A stretch of DNA of 64,000 bases, from positions 21,053,327 to 21,117,326 of the forward strand of contig NC_068994.1 in NCBI RefSeq assembly GCF_001194135.2. The letters are read 5' to 3'. Below are positions 1-13,156 of the stretch, in pieces; position 1 is the stretch's first letter; each line of letters begins with the position of its first letter. This stretch comes from Octopus bimaculoides (lineage: Eukaryota). The notes under the pieces were generated by a model. That model saw only the letters and a list, made by a program, of their open reading frames with translations, searched no databases and was not told where the DNA came from. A program made the position numbers and the translations under genes.

Positions 1-120
1 TATATATATATATATATATAGTTATATATATATATATATATAGTTATAAATATATATATATATATACATATGTAATACATATATATATAATTATATATAC
101 ATACACATATACACACACAG
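1..120. repeat. (TA)n/(CA)n microsatellite
   Basis: Direct reading. Confidence 0.95.
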
Positions 121-3100
121 ACATACATCAAACGTGTGTATTTGCATAAAGATAAAATGTTATATTTCACAAGTTCAATACTGTTTTACCATTTGCCTAG
201 TAAACAATATTGAAATACCTTTTGATTGGCGCTTGAATCTCTCAGATTATATGATCTGGCTCTGGTCAATGTTCTTCTTAATATAGTTGATATCATTGCT
301 TTCTTGGATTCTCCCTCCTTCTGTTGTAACCCAAGGGCTCTGCTGGAATCAGAGACCAAAATTTTTCCTCAACTTTTTGTGCTTTATGCCTTTCCTAGTC
401 CTTCCCTTTCTCAGTCTCCAATCACAGTATCATTACAGATACGTGATTAATACAATTCCCCATTGTCGTCCAGATTATTTTCTGAAACCCCTGTGAATTG
501 ATTCACTTTAAAAGCCCATGTTCTGATGAAATTATGTTTATTATTAAATAAAAATAAATTTAAAATAAAAGTTTATTTATTTATTTATTTAAAGAATTTA
601 AAAGAAATTTTTTTAATTCTTTAATCACCAGAATTTTTTTTTTTTATTACAATTCTAGAATGGAAGCTTTTAAATACCAGTCTTATACTGCAGTCAGTTC
701 ATTTACCATCATCATTATCATCATAAATAATGCATTTTGTTATGTATTTGGCAATACACATAGCTGTCAAGAATAGGTACTAGATTGATAAAAAGTATTG
801 GTCAAATACTGATATCAGTTTAATTGATCTTTTTCCCTGCCTCAAATTTTATGGCATTGTTTGTTTGGTATTACTTACTTCAACAACCAGAAAATTAATT
901 ATAGACTGGAGCAGTCTAAAATAACATTCTCTTTTGCATTCAGGAATATCAATTGAAGGACTTCATCTTTGTTATCAGTTAGACATTTTTCATGTTAGCT
1001 CAAGTTAAATCCAATAAATCATCCCTCCATTTTTAATTCTGCATCCTCTGGCATGAGAATATGCTGGAGTTCTACAACTGTTGCCATTGGTACCAGCACT
1101 ATAGAAATTTTCATCTTATGCTTTCTGCCTATGACACCACTCCGTAATAATTTGAATTACTATGAAGAAAATGGGCAAGCACTAGAGAAGCTGTCTTGTC
1201 AAATCTGGAGCTTTCCACTCCATGTTGGTTGCTATCTTAGTGAAAAAAAAGGTAGTGATGTGCTCCTTAGCAGAGCAGGTTACTCTGTTGCCTTAGTCTG
1301 CCTAGATGATACTTTCACTTCATAGTTGAATGTTTAAGAATAAAAATATTCCCAGTGAAACATCATTATTGTGATTAGTATCAGTGACATAAGGTTTTCA
1401 CCAGATCACTTACCAGAGAGTAGGTTATCCATTGACTCCTGAGCCTGATGATTTTATCAGTTGCCAACTGTTCCCTGCAGCATAGCTAATAATAAAGGGT
1501 CCTCCTCAAGAGACATTGTTTACTTCTGAACAGTTTCCTTCATACTGCTTTAATATTATCTTCAAAACCATTTTCTTTTCTCCAAACAGTTCCCTACCTT
1601 CCCCTTATCTGGTTGTATGATGATTGCCTGCTACATTAGACTGTCCAGTGATTGACATAGAAGCTTCTTGGGTTATATTAGTAAACATGGCTGCTTAATT
1701 GATTAGTTTTCACACTTATTTTGTATTGATGGAGTGACAGAATCAGTAGATCAGTGGATAAAAATATCTTGCAGTATTTTGTTGTCTTTTTACATTCTGA
1801 GTTCAAATCCTGCTACGGTTAACTTTGCCCTAAATAATCAGACATATATAAATTGCTCTCCCAAAATGTGGTCTTGTGTCAATATTAGAAATTATGATTT
1901 TGCTTTAATAAGTCTAACTGTTCCATTTTCCAGTCCACAGTTGAAACTTGTACCAATGGGAGAAATCACTAATAATTTTATTGACCCCCAAACACAGGAT
2001 CTTTGGATTCATTTGTGTGACATTTCTGGAAAAAACATGAATTTTTCTCCAGACCATTCATTAACTTTTTAAACCTTGCCATATAAAACCAGAGTATACA
2101 AGAAAGTAGAGGTAAAAGTTATATAAATTCCTCAAAAACTCAAATTTATCAATAAGTTTCTATTCTTTTAAACAAATGTTTTATGAAATTATTAATTTAA
2201 GTATTGATGTACATTTTTTCCTGCAAAGTATTTAACGAGTCAAAGCACCATAATTCTCACATAGATCACAGGCCCAAAGCTTTAAATTTTAAGGAGATGA
2301 TTGTGTTGATGTTTTGTAGCAGTGACTGTAGTTAAATGGCTCTACTTATAAAATTTATTTAGGTTGTAGTCTTTATTTCTCAAGAGCTTATTTTTACTAC
2401 ACAGTACTTAACATGATAAATACTATGCTAACTGGATCCGAAGCAGTTAGATATGTTGTAGTCAGTTTGTGAATTGGATTTTTTTTTAATAGAAGGAAGA
2501 GGAGGTGGAGTCCTTTCCAAGATTTTAAAATGGGCTTAAGTTAATTTCATCTTATTTGGTTACTGAAAGGGACTGAGGAGTACTTGACCTGAGACGGTAT
2601 TCAAAATAGCTAACAATACCACCATCCAACAACCCTTATTTCTTACACATTTTACCAAAGTTGCAGTAGAAAAGCTATTAATAATCATTATTTTACCAAG
2701 CCCTTTATAATACTGATTTTAAATATCAATAAGTTTTGCTTTGGCAGAAAAATAATTGCAAATTTTTCAAAGATTTAGTTTAATAAATCTAAAGTTTGAA
2801 TTAAAATATTTATTAAAATTTTAAAGATATTTTATCAGCGTAGTTTGCCAGCATTTGAAGAATAAGCAAAAAAACTTATTGGCTGTAAATTTAAAGAAGC
2901 TATCTTCATCAGTGTTAATTGTTTAAATGATACTGCTAAAGCACATAATCTATTTAATACAAGCATGTGTGTGTGTATCAGAGAAGTTTCAGAGTCTGTG
3001 ATTTTGTAGATGTGGTTGCTAATAGCATGAGACTGTTGAGTTTATCTATATGAGTGAAAGTGGTTGAGTGTTATATATGAATGAGAATGGGAAGATTGTT

Positions 3101-6100
3101 GCAGAAAGCAACATGGAGTTGATCAAGAATTAATGACAATAGTTTTATTAAGATTAGATTTAGATTAATCAAAGAAAGAAAAGCATTAGAGTTCGCTTGA
3201 AGTAGTACAGAAGTAGAAAAAAAAGGAAAATATAGAAAGTTTCTAATAATGCAGAAAGTTTTACAAAATCCTTTGTATTTCAGGTGCAAAGGCCTAACCT
3301 CAGAAGGAAACAGTCCAAGAAAAAAAATTTTTTTAATGGTTTTTGTGAAACATTCTGCATTGTTAGGAGCTTTCTTTGTTTTCCTTTTCTCTTTCTAATC
3401 AAAGAAAATTAATATTTCTTAGATACAGAGTTCAGCACTAATGTAATAACATTACTACCCTAACTAAAATGTCTAGTCTGACATTTCTGTTCATATCAAA
3501 AACAAAGGAAAATGAAATGAGAAGGGAGAAACAAGCTTAGAAACAAAAAAAATTTTTTTTTTATTCATATTCCCACTCCCATGAAACTTTTTAAAATTAT
3601 GGAAAAAGAATAAAAATAGGTATCCACCCTTCCCCCTTTTACCCTTTATCCTGCCAATGTTTGACATAAATTATTTTTAAAGAATGAGTATTTAATCCTC
3701 AGGTAATTCTTCCCATTTGGAAACTGTCCATAACTGTTTAGCTCCCTATTTAGTTTAAGTTTACTGCTTCACAATGCCATTTATTTTCGTCCTACAAATT
3801 TTTTCTGATGTTTTTCTCTTTTTTGTATATTTTTATGTTGTTATTTTGTCAGTATTTAAGTATTTTGTTCTTGTGTTCTGAATTACTGTGTAGGCTGGGA
3901 TAAGAATATTCTGCACTGTTTTAGAAGAGCTATTTGCTGGCTAATTTTATAGAGTGTCAACTCTACTTTGTTCTCAAATGGCTCAGTCCATCTGGCTATA
4001 AAATAGTTACTACAACTTCATAATGCCCCACAACACTACAAGCAGTGTGATCATGTTAAAAATAAGTGTTTATTACTGTATTTGTAATTCCAACTTAACA
4101 GATTTTACTTCAAAGTGGGAAGAGTGGTTCCAAAGTGAGATTAACACCGAAAGATTTCTGTAATAGGAAATACACCAAAGCAAAACATCAGAACATCATT
4201 TAACGGTGTCAACAATGTAAACCTGCTTGGTTAATTTTAAGCTTTGATCAGCCAAGCAGTGAGGTAAATAGCTCATCATATGGTTCTCGTAATGAATATT
4301 ATTTTGATTTGTAACTTTTGTAATACCTGCAGAATTGTCCTGCCATTTCTACACAAATGTCTTAAAGTTCTGCTTTCGGTTTGTATTTTATATGCAGGAG
4401 AGGTTTTTTTTTTATCAGATTAAGCATAAGCAAATACACCATTAGATGTTGCAAACAATTACGAATATCTTAAATAGAAACTTTGATTCCACAGTAAATT
4501 GTTACATTGTTGAATATTCCTGGCCTTCAAAATGTTCAGCTAAAAAGCAAAGAAACTGCATCTTATGTGCATAAGTATGAAATTCTGTCAAGAATAAACC
4601 TTCTGTACTTGAGACTTTTGCCTGCTTGTCTCTGAACAGTTCTAATTTCAGGTTGGCTTCTTAAGGTTCAGCTACAGTTGCTGGTAGTGTGAAGGTTAAA
4701 GCCACATTCATCCACAAAAATTATTGATTTTCCAAAAGGAATTAATTTTCACATACCATTTAGTACATGCATGTCTAGTAATAAGATTGAGTCAATTTCT
4801 ATTCTCAGGCACTAGAACCAGCATCTACAATCTTTGAGTAATGCTTCTCGTTTTTATATAGTCAATTATTCTGTTTACAGGCTTCAAATTAATGTCTATG
4901 GACTGAGCAAGGTCCTTGCACTCGAATCCATGAGCATAATCTGTAAGCTGATCATGAGTTTTGTTGGACACTGGTATCATCTGTATCCTACATCCACTTG
5001 ATGCTACTTGTGAAAGCATTACAACAAAACATTATTTAGAGAACGGTTTCAGTGAAATGTACTCACTTTGAAACGACTGTTCTCATTTTGATGTGATATG
5101 TGTTGAATTACAAACACTGTAGTGAACTTGCTCTCTGCTGGCTATGTATACAATATAAATACTAAGACTTCAAACAGTGCCCTGACTATCCAGTACTTAG
5201 GCAGGTTACAAAAGTCTAAACTATACACACACACACACACATCTTCAGTCAAAAACTGTGATCACCTGGAAGTTTTAAGGAAGAAAGAACTTAATGTTTT
5301 ATGATTTTTGAGAGTGAAAAGGGTTAGGTGTTTGTGTAAATGAGAATGAATTTCACAGAGCATGAAAAGCAAGCTTATTTGGACTTCTTTTGTCAACAAA
5401 GGATGCAGACATCAGGAGACATGCACACAATAATAAAACAAGATAAACATTTGACTGCCTTGAACAGTCTGGCTGAAATGCATGATCTTTTGCATCTGTA
5501 CAAAGGCCTTAGGCAGGAGGCAGTTGTGGAAATTTTTACTGAATTGATGTTAACATTGTAAAATTGCAAATAAACAAATTAAAACTTATTTATGTTTCTT
5601 TTCCTTTTTAAGTTAACTTTCCACTGTATTCATGATACCAGTCATCTTTCATTGTGTGTTCAGTGATTATTTGTTGTTCAAATTCAGATACAAATTTACA
5701 CTCCTAAAACACTGAGCCAGGTCAATAAAAGCTGGCGGGGGGAGGGGGGATCTTACTGGATTGTTTAGCAAATAAGAATATTTTGCAAGGATTGTTGTAC
5801 AACTTATGAATTGAACCACCATTGACCACCATTTAGTTAAAAACCAAATTTCCATCTTCGGTGTAGTTTATTTAGTCCCCAGTTTCACTTGTCTCGCACT
5901 GACAAATTTCATTTGAGGTAAAAATGTGAATATTACAATGCAGATTTCCCCTTCCTTAAACTAGATATCTGTGACTTCATACCTGCAAAGTAGTCATGAA
6001 ATTAAGTATACAAAGATAGTAAGTTGTTGGATTAATGGCCTTCTAGAACAACTGCATGTATGAGAGTTATCTTCAGATCATACTTCCCCAAAACAATTTT

Positions 6101-6169
6101 ATTAAATGTATTTGAAAACAGCCAATGTTAGCAGCAAAGTTGAACTTTCAATAAGCCAGTACACTATAA

Positions 6170-6545
6170 TCTAACTACATTTTTTTCTCACTCTAACTTC
6201 CATGGTCTTGTCCAGCAATCTGATACCTCTGTAATTACTCTTGTCTAAGGTGTCACCTTTATCTTTGTAGCAGTAGCAGTTGACTATAATGCTGCTACAC
6301 CAGTCATTGGGTACAATTCCTTCATGGACAACCTCATTAACTATAGGGGTGACTACTCCATAACCCACTCCACCAGATATTTTAAGCATCTCAAGTGATT
6401 CCTAAAGGACTGGGGGCTTTCCCTGTCTTCCTATCATTAATTGCTTTATCTACCAAGCTGGTCCTTCTGTTGAGTCCACTTTAGGAAGATTCTCCTCCCA
6501 TGCATTCTCTACATTTAGCAGTCTTTCATAGTGGCATTTCCAAGT
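6170..6545 (-). mobile_element. RTE-clade LINE fragment (linker/RT start)
   Basis: Translation EGIVPNDWCSSIIVNCY..KDKGDTLDKSNYRGIRLLD is the typical RTE PxDW...YKGKGD...NYRGI.LL motif. Confidence 0.75.
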
Positions 6546-6875
6546 CTCTTTCTTTGAATATATATACATATATAGGTTTCTTTTAGTTTCCATCTACCAA
6601 ATCCACCCACAAGGTTTTGGTCAGCCCAGGGCTTTAATAGAAGACACTTGCCCAAGGTGCTACTCAGTAGGACTGATCCCAAGACCACAAGGTTGAACAG
6701 GCTTCCTCAGTTTCTGTCAACTAATTCTATTCCCAAAGTTGACCCACAGCTAGAACGCCAAACAACATTTGCGTATTAGGACCAAACCCCCAACCATACA
6801 ACCATAACATATGAAAAATGGAGTGTTTAGTCAGATTTATTATAATTGCTGAGTAAAATATTGAATGAAATCATA

Positions 6876-8018
6876 TCAGGTTGAGTAAAAAGTATGTAAC
6901 ATTTGGAACCATGAAGAATTTGTACTAGATTTTGAATTTTTTTTAAACATTTTTTTGCAATTGTTTGATAATATAAACATAGACTTGTCCAAATACATCA
7001 ATAAACTAACATTAATATTTTTTTCACCATTGTTACAATCATCTGAAATGGAACTGTCAGAGCATGATATCTGAGCAATTTTGCTATTCAACTTCAAAAA
7101 AGGACGTAAAGCAGTCGAAACTGCTCGCAATATCAACAGAACATTTGGTGAGGAAATGACTAGTGAGTGGTCAGTTCGAAAATGGTTTAAACAATTTCGC
7201 AGTGGAGACTTGAGCCTTGAAGATCATGAGTGTAGTGGCTGCCCATCTGTCATCGATAACGGTCAATTAAAAACCGTCATTGAGAAAGATCCACGTAAAA
7301 CCACTCGAGAACTGGCAAAAGAACTTTAAGCTAGCCAGAAAACTGCCTGCAATTATTTGCATGTGTTTTGAAAATCAAAAAAGCTCAACAAATGGGTACC
7401 ACACAATTTGAATGAAAATCAGAAAATGTGTGGCTATGAAATTTGCTTGTCACTCCTTCTCCATAACCAGACCAATCCATTTCTCGACTGTATTGTAACT
7501 TGCAATGAAAAGTGGATTCTGTACATTAATAAAATCATTCTTCGCAGTGGTTGGACCAAAATGAAGCAGTGAAAACCTTCCCTAAACCCGAGCTATTCAA
7601 AAAGAAGGTTATGGTGACTGTTTGGTGGTGTACTGCTGGACTCATCCATTATAACTTCTTAAAACCCAGGTAAACCATTACTGCAGAAACATATTGCCAT
7701 GACATTGCCAAAATGAATAAGAAAACTGCTACTCCTCCATCTCAGACTGGTCAACAGAAGAGGGCCAATCATTCTTCATGACAATGCTCGACCAAACATT
7801 TCACTAATGATGCTCCAGAAGTTGAGGGCATTCACAGAGTTCATCAGCTCCAGAACTCCAGATTTTTATGTTACTGGAATAAACAAACTTGTAACTCGCC
7901 AGTAAAAATGTGTTGATTGTAATGGTACTTACTTTGATGAATAAAATTTCCGCATTGTTGAAATATATTGTGATGAATTTCATGTTTCAAAACGTTGCTT
8001 ACTTTTTACTCAGCCTGA
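6876..8018 (+). mobile_element. Mariner (Hsmar1/cecropia-like) DNA transposon, internally deleted, transposase pseudogene
   Basis: TA-flanked TIRs tcaggttgagtaaaaagtatgtaac / rc tcaggctgagtaaaaagtaagcaac; translation KGRKAVETARNIN...WFKQFRSGDLSLED, WVPHNL, NEKWILY, HDNARP with stops and frameshifts. Confidence 0.93.
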
Positions 8019-8499
8019 TATGTAACATTACCAGCAAGACTTGTTACATTAAAAAAATTCACACTTCTTAATCAAATCAAAAAGAAAATTTAAAAGTGAC
8101 ATTTGAACTTTACCAGCAGAGATTGTAAAATTGCACTTTCTGTGAAGTAAGCATTATGGAAATCACACAATCATTTTGTTTTTTTGTTTTTTCTGGGAAA
8201 TCATTTAGCTGCATATTTAATTGTGTTTAAACTATTGAGTTTGTACAATGATATGCACTTGATCATGTCATAGATGTGCAGAATATTTATCATTTACTAA
8301 TGAAAGTAGAGATTCTTTTTTTCACGCAATTATTCTTGATCATAGTAGCTAAGCAAACAGTACACAAGTGCAGAGAAATTGAAGGCAACTTTATATGGAG
8401 AGGAAAATGAAAACTGAGTAGTTGATTGCTGTTTTGGAATGTTGTGTGTCTAATCTCCAACTCTAGTGCACACACAGACAAGTTTATTTCAATTCTTAC

Positions 8500-8935
8500 T
8501 GAAGTTGGAGAAGGCAAACATAAGGAAATCTGTAGCACTTCTAAAATTTGAAGAGATGATCTCGTGGGTGAAGGAATGCAGAATAGTTAGGAGCAAATTC
8601 AGTACAACTGATATATTCTCAAGGCACTGGAAATCATAAAAACAATGGGAACATCACCCAACAACTTCAAAGTTGGTGTTGGGTAAAGTCAATGTTTTAA
8701 GAAGAGACATGATCTATCAGTCTATCACTAAACTCACAAGCGCAAAAACTGGTTGCAGAGTTTGAAAACAAATTGCTTTTCAACATTTCATCATTAGATG
8801 ACAGAAAGCCATGGAGTATGATCCATAACAGATTGGGTATGCAGATCAAACCCTACTGATCTGTCATATCCCACTGACAGATAGCTAATTTCAAGGGCCA
8901 GAAGACAGTCACTATCAACATCAGTAACAAAAAAA
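8500..8935 (+). mobile_element. pogo-like transposase fragment (degenerate)
   Basis: Frameshifted pieces FKKRHDLS, EFENKLLFQHFIIR, QIGYADQTLL and FKGQKTVTI resemble the pogo CENPB-HTH/DDE region (QIGNADQTP, KG.KTV.I). Confidence 0.55.
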
Positions 8936-10189
8936 CTTTTTCATCCATGAAACTGATTAAAAATAATATACAGTTACAACTGATTCAAATTTGAAGATTT
9001 CTCTGTTACTCTGAAACTAATTTAACTCCATACAATAAAAGCTGGTCCAAATGAAGACATTTTTATATTAGATCATATGTAAAAATACTGAATATATCTA
9101 TATTAACATATTTTAAGGAAAACTTAAACGATACATTTGAACTCAGGTATGAAACAATTGGCACATAGGTGCTATATAGTGACTATGCCAGTATTCTATA
9201 AACTCAGATGCATTTGCTCATCTATAGCTAGTGTAATTGAATCCTTAAATCAAAGATGCAAATAAAAATGTACTAATTAGAAAAATATTGAAACATCATG
9301 AAATTATATCTAATTTTAAAATACATCAGTTTAGTTTTTAAAAGAAATATCACACAGCACTAAAAACAGTAAACTTCCATCAAATCATTTGAATAGATAT
9401 TTTAGTAAACTTAGATCAGTATAGGGTTAGCAGATCAACAATGGTGATGCAATAGACAGGCGGAGGATGAGAGATGAGTAGTGGTTGGAGGTAGGGAAAT
9501 GCTATGTAAAATGTGGATGGGAGACAGTATTAAGGATGAGGGATAGATATCAAGTAAAATGGTTTCTGGTAGTGAGAAAGATTAGTGATATCAAGGAAAG
9601 CTGCAGTTAAAGAGATGAAGGGCTGTGGGGGTGACTGGGAGGGGGGGGTATTGAGCAAAGGGCCCAGTTGTGCATACACACTCACACACAAGACTTCTAG
9701 AGCTCAGTTTCACTAAGTTTCTCAAGAATTACATATCGCCAGTCATCATGGTCCCTTGTTATCTCCTCCATCAGGTTCAAGATCCTGAGATCAGCTTTCA
9801 CCCCTTATCCCATGTCTTCCTCTTCTGCAAGCTCCATCAACATTAAATGATCAGCACTTCTTTACCATTCATACCTATCACATGTCCATACAAGTGCAGT
9901 TTTTTTTTTCATGCACACTACATGTGATTCCTTTTATGCCCAGTTTTTTTTTGCTGTTTTTCTCAGTACATTTGTACTGGCTTTCATGCATTACACATTC
10001 ACTGGAGCATGCTCACATCATTTCTTTCCAGTCTTCCCAAGTCCACTGCATTCAAGGCTCATGTCTCATTATCATGCAGCATCACAGTTCTAATGTAAGT
10101 GTCATACAACCTGCTCTTTGCTCTAAAGAAAAAGATCTTTGTTGCCAGTAGTTGTAGAAAAGTTCATAGACTGACTAAGATACTCTCAT

Positions 10190-11140
10190 AGAATGTGACA
10201 AAATGAGGTTTATTTTTTTAACATAGACCCCTTATCATCCACACACTTCTTCCATCGGTGTTACAGTGCTTGTATCCCATTGGTGAAGAAGGTTCGTCCT
10301 GTTGGTCAAAAAAATCATCAACAGCAGATGTGATGTCATCATCACTGTGATATTGCTTCCCATCCAAGTGTTTTTTCATGGGGCCAAATCAGGAAAGTAG
10401 GGAGGTTGAGCAACCAGTTCAAAGCCAGTTGCACACAACAGCCAAGGACAGGTGTACTGGAGCATTTTCTTGATGAAGCAAGACCCCTTTCATCAGTTTT
10501 CCTGGGTGTTTGGTTTTGGTAGCCTTTTGTAAATTCCTCAGCAAGTTGCCATACTACTCTCCATTAATGGTGTGGCTCTATTAAAGATAGCCATTAAACA
10601 TGCCTTTTGCATCCAAAAAAACTGAGACCATTACCATCTCTGCAGATGAAACGACCTTGACCTTCTTTGAAGTAGGTGAGTAGGGGTGTTTCCACAGCAT
10701 GGATTGGCTCTGGTTGAAAGTGATGAACCCAACTCCCATCCTGGGCTAGGAAATGTACAAGGAAACCAGCTGAATCTGCCTCAAACAATGTCAGATGTTC
10801 CAGTGATGTGATCAGCCTGGTGTCAGATATGGCACTCACCAAGCAGGTACCTTCATCATGCCAAGTTCATTGAGCAGCATATTCTCAACTCTCTCACAGA
10901 ATATGCCAATAGCATTGACTATTTGATTTATAATAATCACCTGTCACCCGTGAGCATATGGTAAACACAATCAATGTTTTTCTTGGTGCTGACAGCCGTA
11001 GGATGTCCTGCCTACTTTTGCAATGCTTTTAAAACTGGAGCATAATCTCCTAATGTAGTAACAATATCAACATGAATATCCTTGAGGGCTAAACCCTTTT
11101 TCTGCAGGTACTCTGATGCCAAATTTTGTCCATTTTTAAG
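10190..11140 (-). mobile_element. Mariner (irritans/Hsmar2-like) transposase relic
   Basis: Minus-strand pieces MDKIWH.., FLAQDGSWVHHFQPE (cf. ITGDETWVHHY.PE) and KKWKKCVDDKGVYVKK; degraded, TIRs not resolved. Confidence 0.7.
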
Positions 11141-11723
11141 AGAAGCTGCTACTAGTTATTTTTGAAGTCTTCTTTGAACAGTTAGATGTCAGTTTATCTG
11201 GAAAGAAGCCATGCAATTATTAATAAGAAGGGTTCAAATGAATGCATGCAAGATTTTGCAGCTGTAGCATCACTCCTTCATAGTCATCCTATGAACTTTT
11301 CAGCCTACCCTCATATAGGAAGCTTATTTTCAATAAGTCTACCTATAGATTTCAGTACACCTTTGTGCCCACAGCTTTCATTGGGTATAGCATATGGAGT
11401 TTATACCCACTCTTTTTCTGTATATTGAGCATGGCCATTTTCCTTAATATACCAGGATTTCCTGCTTACTAAAACTTTAGTTTTTACTAAATTTATATTG
11501 AAGCCTCTCAATTCTAGGTTTAGCTATGCCTGAAATTTCCTAATTCACCTACAGATTAAAATACAAGGATTTGATCATCAGCATAAAGTTCCCAAGGACA
11601 GCCAGTCGTCAATCATTTTCTGATAGCCTATTGAGACTGTGAATATAGGAGCAGACCGAGGACTGAGCATTGATGAACTCACTTTCACACTAAATTTATC
11701 ACTGAAATTGTTTATTTTCACTT

Positions 11724-11809
11724 CATTTACAGTCTTTGTAAATGGCTTGTAGTCCTCACAAGCCATTTACAGTCTTCGTAAATGGCTTGTAGTCCTCACA
11801 AGCCATTTA
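11724..11809. repeat. 40-bp tandem repeat made of alternately inverted 13-mers with 7-nt spacers
   Basis: gtaaatggcttgt / acaagccatttac alternate, separated by agtcttt, agtcctc, agtcttc, agtcctc. Confidence 0.95.
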
Positions 11810-12009
11810 ACAACACCTAGTTTCCTCAGTGACCACCAAATTACTAAATCTGGTAGTTACCTCACTAAGAAGATTGCATCTGTAGTACCTATTCTGGGCA
11901 TGAAACCAAACTGCATCACATTGTGCATCTTTTCATAACCTTTTCCAGTAGTTCGATTACTCTATAGTTGCTTCTCTAATAAGCAGTTTCAGGTGTAGAA
12001 ACAAGGCCT

Positions 12010-13152
12010 AGAATCAAAGGACTTTGGAGTTAACCTAGCAAAAACTAAAGTCTTAGTTAGTAGGAAGGCAGACAAATCACAAATCCCTGCTCAATCTGTA
12101 GAAAAGGCATAGGCAGAAACTCCTTAACATGTACCCAGTGTAAGCTATGGACACATAAGAGGTGCAGCAATATCAGAGCAAGGCTAACAGGGAAAATAGT
12201 TTTTGTGTGTGAAAGATGCACAAGTACAATTAACTCTAAAAATGTACACATGCCAAGGGAGGAAAACTAGAAGTAGTCAATAGCTTCCGTTACCTAGGTG
12301 ATCAAATCAGTAGCAGGGCTGGATGCTCCAAGAGCATAGCTGCCAGAATAAGAATAGGCTGGGCAAAGTTCAGAGAGCTCCTACCTCTGCTGGTAACAAA
12401 GGGCTTTGCTGGATATATAATGTCAAGGAAGGGATAAGTGCAAGTGTCCTGAGAGAAAAGTTGGGCATAGGAGGCATCAGATATGGCGAGCAAGAGAGAC
12501 AACTGCGTTGGTATGGTCATGTAATGCGTATGGATGAGGGCAGCTGTGTGAAGATGTGCTGCACTCTAATAGTGGAGGGAACCTGTAGAAGTAGACCAGG
12601 AAGACATAGGATAAGGTGTTGAAGCATATTTGAATGTTGGACCACACGGAGGAAATGACAAGTGACCAAGACCTTTGGTGATATGCTGCACTTGAGAAGA
12701 CCTGTCAAGCGAAGTGAGATCATAGTCATGGCCGATACCAGTTGTGTAACTGGCACATAAAAAGCACCCTTCAAATGTTGTGCGATATGCTGTGCTCAGA
12801 AGACCTGTCAAGCTAAGTGAAATCATAGTCATGGCCAATGCCAGTGCCGTCTGACTGGCACTCATGCTGGTAGCATGTAAAAAAGCACCATTCACGCATT
12901 GGACTTCATGAAGGCAGTAACAAGCAACCAAGACTTTTGGTGATATACCAAGTGAGATTATAGTCATGGCCAATGCTGGTGTCATGCCAGTGGCACATAA
13001 GAAGCACACACTACACTCTTGGAGTGGTTGATGGTAGGAAGGGAATCCAGCAATAGAAGCCATGCTGAATCAGACTAGAATCTGGTGCAGCTCCCTGGCT
13101 TACCAGTTTTCAGTCAAACCATGGAAAGTGGACATTAAATGATGATGATGAT
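12010..13152 (+). mobile_element. RTE LINE 3' portion with repeat-containing 3'UTR and (ATG)n tail
   Basis: KTKVLV; LEVVNSFRYLGDQIS...ARIRIGWAKFRELLPLL; LREKLGIGGIR..QLRWYGHVMRMDEGSCVK; ends ggacattaaatgatgatgatg. Confidence 0.88.
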
Positions 13153-13156
13153 ACTG

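Noticed and set aside
226-496. Overlapping plus-strand ORFs
   Set aside because: No start context or domain; the opposite strand looks like a decayed LINE 3' remnant, too degraded to call.
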